Of a stretch of DNA of 64,000 nt, positions 39,453 through 46,434 are shown one piece after another. The position numbers and the translations under genes are program-made. The DNA is taken from positions 14,390 through 78,389 of the forward strand of contig JANYLH010000044.1 of NCBI GenBank assembly GCA_025357915.1. The letters run 5' to 3'. The notes beneath the pieces were generated by a model. The model did not search any database and was not told the DNA's origin. It worked only from the letters and a program-made list of their open reading frames with translations. Source of the stretch: Gammaproteobacteria bacterium (GTDB lineage: Bacteria > Pseudomonadota > Gammaproteobacteria > Steroidobacterales > Steroidobacteraceae). Position 1 is the first letter of the stretch. Each line of letters begins with the position of its first letter.

Positions 39453-41861
39453 TTGCTGACCGAGCGCGTCTCGATCGCAGTGATCGGCGCCGGCCCGGCC
39501 GGCCTTTCGGCCGCGGCCCACGCCGCCGACCTTGGCATCCCGCACCTGCTGCTCGAGGCGAGTCCGGGTCACGCCAACACCATCCGTAAATACCAGAAGG
39601 GCAAGCACGTCATGGCCGAGCCAGGGGCGCTGCCGCTGCGCAGCCCCCTGCCGTTTGCGGCCGCGGTCCGTGAGGCCGTGCTCGAGGGCTGGGACGCCGG
39701 ACTCGCGGCGCATCGCGTCAATGTCCGCTACGGCGCCGAGGCGGTCGCCATCAGCGGCTCGCGCCCGCAATTCCAGATCGCGTTGAAGGATGGCAGCGTG
39801 GTCCACGCCGAGTGCGTCGTGCTTGCAATCGGCGTGCAGGGAAATCCGCGCAAGTTGGGCGTGTCCGGCGAAGACCTGGCTTGCGTGCAATACCAGCTCG
39901 ACGATGCCGACGCCTATCGCGACGAGGCCATCGTCGTCGTCGGCGCCGGCGATGCCGCGATCGAGAACGCGCTGGCGCTGTCGAAGCGTAACCGCGTCTG
40001 CCTGGTGAACCGTGCCGCCGAGTTCTCGCGCGCCAAGGAAGGCAACCTGAGCGCGGTGCTCAAGGCAATCGAAGCCGGCACGCTCAGCTGCTTCTTCAAG
40101 AGCTCCTGTGCGCGCATCGAGGCCAGTGCCGGCGCGCAGCGAGGTTATCGCCTGACGCTCGACACCGATACCGGCGAGGCCAGCGTCGCGTGCGACCGGA
40201 TCATCGCCCGGCTCGGGGCCATCCCGCCGCGGCAATTTCTCGAGGCCTGCGGTGTCGGGTTCCCGGGGCCGCAGCCGACCGCGCTGCCTATCCTGTCCGA
40301 CCAGTACGAGTCGAGCGTGCCCGGGCTGTACGTGGTCGGTGCGCTCGCTGGCTATCCGCTGATCAAGCAGGCGATGAACCAGGGCTATGAGGCGGTCGAG
40401 TACAGCCGCGGGCGCGCTGTGGAGCCGGCCGACGAGCCGATCCTGCGCGAGCGGTTCGCACCGCTCCCCTTCGGCCTGACGGTCGCCGGCACGCTGGCGT
40501 TGATCCGCGAGCGCGTGCCGCTGTTCGCGGAGGTGAACCCGTTGCTGCTGCGCGAGCTGGTGCTGGGCAGCGAAGTCCACGCACCCGCGTCCGGCACCGT
40601 GCTGTTCCGCAAGAACGACTACACCAATTCGTTTTACACGATCATAAATGGCGGCGTCGACATGGAACTCGGCGACGAGGGCCAGCAACGCATAGCACTG
40701 CGCCAGGGTCAGTTCTTCGGCGAGGGGAGTCTGCTGTCCGGCCGTCGGCGCGCCGGCAGCGCGCTGGCCGGCGCCGGCTGCGTGGTGCTGGAGACGCCGC
40801 GCCGCGAGATCCTCAAGCTCATGAGCTCGGTCGACGGGGTCCGGCGCGTGGTCGACGAGCTGTTCATCATCCGCGCGATCCAGTCAAGCTTCGCGACCGA
40901 CGCCTCCTTCGACGAACTGCGCACGGTCGCCGCCGGCGCGCGGCTCAACCGCTACCGGCCGGGCGAGATGCTGTTCGAGGAAGGCGCGGTCGCCGACTGC
41001 CTGCACCTGGTGCGGAGCGGTTCGGTCGCGGTATTGCGCCAGCTCGGCGGGCGCGACGTCGTTACGTCGTATGTTGCCGCGGGCAACTATGTCGGCGAGA
41101 TCGGCCTGCTGGGCCGCACGCGGCGTACGGCGAGCGTGCGGGCGAACGTCGCCACCGAGACCGTGAGCATTGACGCCGCCGCCTTCGACCAGCTGCTGGC
41201 GCGCAACGCGGCGCTGCGCGAGCGCATCCAGGACACCATCCGTGAGCGGCTGGCCGCGAACGCGCGCATGCAGGGCCAGACCCAGGCGGGCGACCTGATC
41301 TCGTTTCTGATGCAGCAGGGCCTGGGGGAGGCCACCGACGTGCTGCTGATCAACGAGTCGCTGTGCGTGGGCTGCGACAACTGCGAGAAGGCCTGCGCCG
41401 AAACGCACGGCGGCACCTCGCGCCTCGACCGCGGGGCCGGGCCGAGCTTCGCGCAGGTGCACGTACCCACCTCCTGCCGGCACTGCGAGGACCCGCACTG
41501 CATGACCGATTGCCCGCCGGACGCGATCCGGCGCGCACCGGACGGCGAGGTGTACATCCGCGACAACTGCATCGGCTGCGGCAACTGCGAGCGCAACTGC
41601 CCGTACGGCGTGATCCAGATGGCCGCCGCGACGCCTGCCAAGCCCCCGCTGCTGGCGTGGCTGCTGTTGGGAAGCGGTCCCGGGCCCGGCGGCGTGGCCG
41701 GCGCGCCCGCCGACCCGCAAGCCGCGAAGAAGGCCGTGAAATGCGACATGTGCAAGGACCTGGGCGGCGGCCCCGCCTGCGTCCGCGCCTGCCCGACGGG
41801 CGCCGCGATCCGCATCAGTCCCGAGCGCTTCGTCGAGCTCGCCCATGGCAGCGATGTCTAG
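39453..41861 (+). CDS. fusion protein: FAD/NAD(P)-binding oxidoreductase + two cyclic-nucleotide-binding domains + four-cluster [4Fe-4S] ferredoxin (DmsB/NrfC-like)
   Basis: VIGAGPAGLSAA (FAD), VVVGAGDAAIENA (NAD(P)) and GLYVVGALAG are present. The cNMP motifs are FFGEGSLL... and YVGEIGLLGRTRRTASVRA. The Cys motifs are CVGCDNCEKAC, CRHCEDPHCMTDCP, CIGCGNCERNCP and CDMCKDLGGGPACVRACP. The start (TTG 39453) is inferred and uncertain. Confidence 0.8.
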   Translation: MLTERVSIAVIGAGPAGLSAAAHAADLGIPHLLLEASPGHANTIRKYQKGKHVMAEPGALPLRSPLPFAAAVREAVLEGWDAGLAAHRVNVRYGAEAVAISGSRPQFQIALKDGSVVHAECVVLAIGVQGNPRKLGVSGEDLACVQYQLDDADAYRDEAIVVVGAGDAAIENALALSKRNRVCLVNRAAEFSRAKEGNLSAVLKAIEAGTLSCFFKSSCARIEASAGAQRGYRLTLDTDTGEASVACDRIIARLGAIPPRQFLEACGVGFPGPQPTALPILSDQYESSVPGLYVVGALAGYPLIKQAMNQGYEAVEYSRGRAVEPADEPILRERFAPLPFGLTVAGTLALIRERVPLFAEVNPLLLRELVLGSEVHAPASGTVLFRKNDYTNSFYTIINGGVDMELGDEGQQRIALRQGQFFGEGSLLSGRRRAGSALAGAGCVVLETPRREILKLMSSVDGVRRVVDELFIIRAIQSSFATDASFDELRTVAAGARLNRYRPGEMLFEEGAVADCLHLVRSGSVAVLRQLGGRDVVTSYVAAGNYVGEIGLLGRTRRTASVRANVATETVSIDAAAFDQLLARNAALRERIQDTIRERLAANARMQGQTQAGDLISFLMQQGLGEATDVLLINESLCVGCDNCEKACAETHGGTSRLDRGAGPSFAQVHVPTSCRHCEDPHCMTDCPPDAIRRAPDGEVYIRDNCIGCGNCERNCPYGVIQMAAATPAKPPLLAWLLLGSGPGPGGVAGAPADPQAAKKAVKCDMCKDLGGGPACVRACPTGAAIRISPERFVELAHGSDV

Positions 41862-42744
41862 CATTCACGAGTCGGCCCTCGCCTACCGCGGGCGCCGCTA
41901 CCTGTGGGTCGCGCTGGCACTGACGGCAGCCTCCGTGCTCGCCTACGCGTGGCACTCGCCAGCCGTACCGCCGAACGGCGGCACCTGGCTGGGCTATACG
42001 CTGGGCACGGTCGCCGCGCTACTGATCCTGTTGCTGCTGGCGCTCGGCATCCGCAAGCGCAGCTACCACTCGACGCTCGGCACCGTCAGCGGCTGGGTAT
42101 CGGCGCACGTATACCTGGGGCTGGCACTGGTCGTGGTGGCCACGCTTCACACCGGGTTTCACTTCGGCCGCAACGTGCACACGCTCGCCTACGTGCTGAT
42201 GTGTCTGGTCATCGCACTGGGCATCGTCGGCGTCGTGCTGTACGCGCGCTACCCGGCCCGCATGAGCGTCAACCGCCAGGGGCGCGCACGCGCGCAACTC
42301 GTGGAAGAGGTCAACGATCTCAATGCCCGCGCACTGCGCGTCGCGCAACCGCTGCCCGCGGAATTCCTGGCGGCGGTGCGCAGCGCGCGCGACCGGCTGG
42401 TGCTCGGCGGCAACGCCTGGACGCTGCTCACCGGCCGCGACCGCTCCCGCGTCGTGCTGCCAGGGAGCGACGGCGCCAGCGCGCCGCTCGCCAACCCCTT
42501 TCAGGCGACGCTGATCGCCTGGCTTGGCGACCGCCTCGCGCGCTGCCAGGACGGCGAGGTGGCGCCGCGCATTCAGAGCCTGCTCACGCTCATCAGCGCC
42601 CAGCGGGTCGCAATCGAGCGCCTCAAACGCGACCTCGCCTTCCAGGCGCGGCTCGACGCCTGGCTGTATTTGCACGTGCCGTTGTCCTTCGCGTTGCTGG
42701 CCGCGCTCCTGGCGCATGTCGTCAGCGTGTTCCTGTACTGGTAA
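41845..42744 (+). CDS. integral membrane protein with two HX13H motifs (putative di-haem b, ferric-reductase/NOX-like transmembrane electron carrier)
   Basis: About five hydrophobic helices by eye. His88/His102 sit in helix 3 and His277/His291 in the last helix, each pair separated by exactly 13 residues. It overlaps the upstream gene by 17 nt. Confidence 0.7.
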   Translation: MAAMSSIHESALAYRGRRYLWVALALTAASVLAYAWHSPAVPPNGGTWLGYTLGTVAALLILLLLALGIRKRSYHSTLGTVSGWVSAHVYLGLALVVVATLHTGFHFGRNVHTLAYVLMCLVIALGIVGVVLYARYPARMSVNRQGRARAQLVEEVNDLNARALRVAQPLPAEFLAAVRSARDRLVLGGNAWTLLTGRDRSRVVLPGSDGASAPLANPFQATLIAWLGDRLARCQDGEVAPRIQSLLTLISAQRVAIERLKRDLAFQARLDAWLYLHVPLSFALLAALLAHVVSVFLYW

Positions 42745-42754
42745 GGCCTGCGCC

Positions 42755-44464
42755 GTGCGTACCCTGATCCGCTTCGTCAGCCGCGCCACAGGCGGTGCCG
42801 TCGAGACCAGCGAGCGGCTCTTCGATGGCGAGGCGCTCACTCTCGGCCGCGCCACCGACCAGGTGCTGCAGTTCAAGGACGGACGTGTGGCATTCCAGCA
42901 CGCGCGGATCTTCCGGCGGGGCAGCCGCGTGCTGCTCGCCTGCCGCGCGCCGGCGACCGTCATCGTCAACGACGCATTGGTGCGCGAGGCGGAGTTGTCG
43001 CTGGGCGACGTACTGCGTCTGGGCGCAAACGTACTCACGCTCATCGAGCCGCCCGCCGGCGCCGATCTCGCGCTGACCTTCGAGCTCGATCCGGCTGCGT
43101 CCGAGGCGGAACTCGCGACGGTCAATGCACCGCTCCTGCTCTCGGGCGGGCGGCTCGGCAAGCGCGGCTGGTCCTGGCTGCTGTTTCTCACACTGCTGGG
43201 CGCGTTCCTCGTGCTGCCGGTATTGGTGTTGCCTGCGAAGTCCACCCGCGAGGCGCTGCGCGCGAGCTGGCTGCCGAGCGATCACGCCTATTCGCCCGGC
43301 GCGCTGCACTCGGTGCACCAGACGATCGGCGGTCGCTGCGAGGCGTGCCACCAGCAGGCCTTCGTCCGGGTACGCAACGAGGCGTGCCTCGCCTGCCACG
43401 CGACGGAACTGCATCGGCACGTCGACGCGGGCAGCCCACGGGCGCGTGCAGTGGAGCAGATGCGCTGCCTTGCCTGCCATTCCGGCCACGAACCCGCGCC
43501 GTTGCTGCGCAGCGGCTCCGGCGGCTGCGTCGCTTGCCACGCTGACGTCTCGCTCGCCGGCGACCCGCACCGCCTCGGTGCCGTCAGCGACTTCGGTCGC
43601 GCGCACCCGGAGTTCCGCGTCACCTTGCTGCGCCCGGACGCCGCCGGCATCGCTGGCGCGAGTGAGCGGGCGCGCCTCGATGCGCCCGCGCTGCGCGAGC
43701 ACTCGCACCTCAAGTTCTCGCACGCGCAGCACCTCGATCCGCGGGGAGTCAAGACGCTGGACGGGCGCCGGGTGCTCGGCTGTGCCGATTGCCACGTGCC
43801 CGAGCCCGGCGGCGGGCGCATGTTGCCGATCCGCATGGCGGCGCACTGCCAGAGCTGCCACCGGCTCGACTTTGACCCGGCGTTCCCGGACCGCCAGCTG
43901 CCGCACGGCGATGTGACCGGGGCGGTGAACACGCTGTTCGAATACTACAGCGCACGCTACCTGGAGGGCTGGCCGGATCCGAACGCGCGAGCGTCCGCCG
44001 GGCGCTTCGCGGCGACGCCTGGACCCGCGCTGGCACCGGCCGAGCGTGAGCGCCGGCTCGGCCTCGCACGCACGCGCGCCGCAGTGGTCGCGCGTGACCT
44101 CATCGAGCGGCGCGCCTGCGTCGTGTGTCATGAAGTACGCGTGGTCGCGGACGCGGCGCTGCGCTGGCAGGTCACGGCAGTACGGCTCACGCACGCCTGG
44201 TTCCCGGCTGCGCGGTTCGATCACGCGCAGCACACCACTACGCTGACGCCGTGCTCCTCGTGCCACGACGCGGCACATTCCACACAGTCCGCGGACGTGC
44301 TCATGCCACGCATCGCGACCTGCCGTCGCTGTCACGCGGGGAGCGGCGGCGCGGCGCCGCCCGCCGGCAAGGTGGCGACCGGATGTCCGGCCTGCCATGC
44401 GTTCCACGACCCGCGGCGCGCGCCCTGGGTTCCGGTGGCGCAGCCAACGGATCCGGGACGGTGA
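42755..44464 (+). CDS. FHA domain - single TM - decahaem c-type cytochrome (cytochrome c3/c7-like)
   Basis: An N-terminal FHA-like fold (LTLGRATDQVLQFKDGRVAFQHARI...VIVNDALV...LSLGDVLRLGANVL) is followed by a TM (WSWLLFLTLLGAFLVLPVLVLPA). Ten CXXCH motifs follow: CEACH, CLACH x2, CVACH, CADCH, CQSCH, CVVCH, CSSCH, CRRCH and CPACH. GTG start at 42755. Confidence 0.85.
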   Translation: MRTLIRFVSRATGGAVETSERLFDGEALTLGRATDQVLQFKDGRVAFQHARIFRRGSRVLLACRAPATVIVNDALVREAELSLGDVLRLGANVLTLIEPPAGADLALTFELDPAASEAELATVNAPLLLSGGRLGKRGWSWLLFLTLLGAFLVLPVLVLPAKSTREALRASWLPSDHAYSPGALHSVHQTIGGRCEACHQQAFVRVRNEACLACHATELHRHVDAGSPRARAVEQMRCLACHSGHEPAPLLRSGSGGCVACHADVSLAGDPHRLGAVSDFGRAHPEFRVTLLRPDAAGIAGASERARLDAPALREHSHLKFSHAQHLDPRGVKTLDGRRVLGCADCHVPEPGGGRMLPIRMAAHCQSCHRLDFDPAFPDRQLPHGDVTGAVNTLFEYYSARYLEGWPDPNARASAGRFAATPGPALAPAERERRLGLARTRAAVVARDLIERRACVVCHEVRVVADAALRWQVTAVRLTHAWFPAARFDHAQHTTTLTPCSSCHDAAHSTQSADVLMPRIATCRRCHAGSGGAAPPAGKVATGCPACHAFHDPRRAPWVPVAQPTDPGR

Positions 44465-46434
44465 AGCGCGCATCGGCCTGTCTCGCTCCACTGGCGGCGC
44501 TGACGTTGTCGGCCTGTGGCGGTGGGGGCGAAGTCGCTTCGGGTGTGCCCACAAGCCCGCCGCCCCCGGGCCTGGTCTGTACCGGCCAGTGCGCGAATGC
44601 CCTCACGCTGCTGTCGCAGGCGGACGTGGAGCGCACGATCGCGCAGGCGGTCGCCGAGGCGCAGGCCCGCGGCGCGCACGCCACCGTCGCGGTTGTCGAC
44701 CGCGTTGGCAACGTGCTCGGTGTGTTCCGCATGAATGGCGCGGCGAATACCGTCACGATCGGGTCGGGACTGGCCACAGGCGGTCTCGAGAACGTCACGA
44801 TTGTCCCTGACACAGTCGCGGCCATCGCCAAGGCCGTGACGGCGGCATACCTGTCGAGCGAAGGCAATGCGTTCTCGACCCGCACAGCGAGTCAGATCGT
44901 GCAGGAGCATTTCAATCCGGGCGTAGCGCTGGCGCCGGGCGGTCCGCTGTTCGGCGTGCAGTTCAGCCAGCTGCCCTGCTCCGATCTGATGGCGCGGGCG
45001 GGAGCCGCGCCCGCCCCTGGCCCGCAGCGCTCGCCGCTGGGCCTCGCGGCGGATCCGGGTGGCCTGCCGCTCTACAAGGCCGGCACGCCGGTGGGCGGCG
45101 TGGGCGTAATCGCCGATGGCCGCTACGGGCTGGATCGCAACGTGCTCGACACGGACGTGGATCTGGACGAAACGATCGCGCTCGCCGCGACCTTTGGGCT
45201 CGCGGCGCCCGACGATCGCCGCGCCGACCGGATCACGGCTGATGGCAGGACGCTGCGTTTCAGCGATGCGACGGTGGCGACGCTCGCCAGTGCGCCCGCT
45301 GCTGCGCCGTCATTCGCGTCCCTGGACGGCGTCGCGGGTCACCTGCTTGCAGTGCCCGGCTACGGCGCAGCGACGACGCGCGCGGGCCTCGCGTATGGCA
45401 CGAGCGCCTCGGGCATCCGCTCCGATGCCAGCGACTACCCGGGACTCGACGCGCAGGTGCTGGTGGACGCGAGCGATGCGCCCCGCTATCCGCCGCGCGC
45501 CGGCAGCGAAACCTCGGGTGCACTGAGTGCGACCGAAGTGCGCGAGATCCTGCGCGCGGCACTCGGCGTGGCGAACCGCACCCGCGCCCAGATCCGCCTG
45601 CCGCTTGGCTCGCAGGCGCGCGTCACCGTCAGCGTCGTCGACAGTCAGGGTGTAGTCCTCGGAATAGCCGCTATGCGCGACGCACCGGTATTCGGCGTCG
45701 ACGTCTCGCTGCAAAAGGCGCGCTCGAGCGCGTTCACGAGCTCGGCGGCCGCGGCCGCGGCACTCGCGGCTGCGCCCGATGCGGTCTATCTCGACGGTGG
45801 ACTGAGTGTGCTCGCGCGGGTGCCACTGGCCAGCTACGTGACGGCGACGCGCGCATTCCTGGGGTTGCCAGCAGCGCTCGGCGACGGCGGCGTCGCCTTC
45901 AGCGCGCGCGCGCTGGGCAACATGGCGCGACCGTTCTATCCCGACGGCGTCGACGGCACCCATGCCGGACCCTGGTCCAGGCCGGCCGCGGCGTGGAGCC
46001 CGTTCAGCACCGGCTTACAGCTGGATCTGGTTTATAACGCCCTGGTGCAGCATGTCGCCTTCGTGCTTGGCGCGGCACCCGACGTGGGCTTCAGTTGCAC
46101 CGGTGTCAGCGGCTTTGACACCGGCTTTGCTCCCGCCGCGCCCATCCCGGCGCTCGCCAATGGCCTGCAGATCTTTCCGGGCGGCGTGCCGATCTATCGG
46201 GACCACACGCTGGTCGGCGCGATCGGCGTGTCAGGCGATGGCGTCGACCAGGATGACATGATCGGCTTCCTGGGCGTCGATAGCGCCGCGCAACGCCTCG
46301 GCGGCTTCGGCAATGCGCCGCCCGACCTGCGCAGCGACACGCTGGTGCCGCGCGGCGCGCGCTTGCGCTATGTCGGCTGCCCGGTGGCACCGTTCCTCGA
46401 CTCGTCGACGCAGGACGAGTGCAGTGGCCGCTAG
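44461..46434 (+). CDS. lipoprotein with two GlcG/HbpS-like (DUF336, haem-binding/degrading fold) domains
   Basis: A lipobox (LTLSAC). Domain 1 reads LSQADVERTIAQAVAEAQARGAHATVAVVDRVGNVLGVF...GGLPLYKAGTPVGGVGV. Domain 2 reads VTVSVVDSQGVVLGIAAM...GGVPIYRDHTLVGAIGVSGDGVDQDDMI. GTGA overlap with the upstream stop. Confidence 0.7.
   Translation: MKRASACLAPLAALTLSACGGGGEVASGVPTSPPPPGLVCTGQCANALTLLSQADVERTIAQAVAEAQARGAHATVAVVDRVGNVLGVFRMNGAANTVTIGSGLATGGLENVTIVPDTVAAIAKAVTAAYLSSEGNAFSTRTASQIVQEHFNPGVALAPGGPLFGVQFSQLPCSDLMARAGAAPAPGPQRSPLGLAADPGGLPLYKAGTPVGGVGVIADGRYGLDRNVLDTDVDLDETIALAATFGLAAPDDRRADRITADGRTLRFSDATVATLASAPAAAPSFASLDGVAGHLLAVPGYGAATTRAGLAYGTSASGIRSDASDYPGLDAQVLVDASDAPRYPPRAGSETSGALSATEVREILRAALGVANRTRAQIRLPLGSQARVTVSVVDSQGVVLGIAAMRDAPVFGVDVSLQKARSSAFTSSAAAAAALAAAPDAVYLDGGLSVLARVPLASYVTATRAFLGLPAALGDGGVAFSARALGNMARPFYPDGVDGTHAGPWSRPAAAWSPFSTGLQLDLVYNALVQHVAFVLGAAPDVGFSCTGVSGFDTGFAPAAPIPALANGLQIFPGGVPIYRDHTLVGAIGVSGDGVDQDDMIGFLGVDSAAQRLGGFGNAPPDLRSDTLVPRGARLRYVGCPVAPFLDSSTQDECSGR

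Noticed and set aside
42722-44554. 610-aa minus-strand ORF
   Set aside because: It is antisense to the decahaem cytochrome gene, whose ten CXXCH motifs validate the plus-strand frame. It is a shadow ORF.
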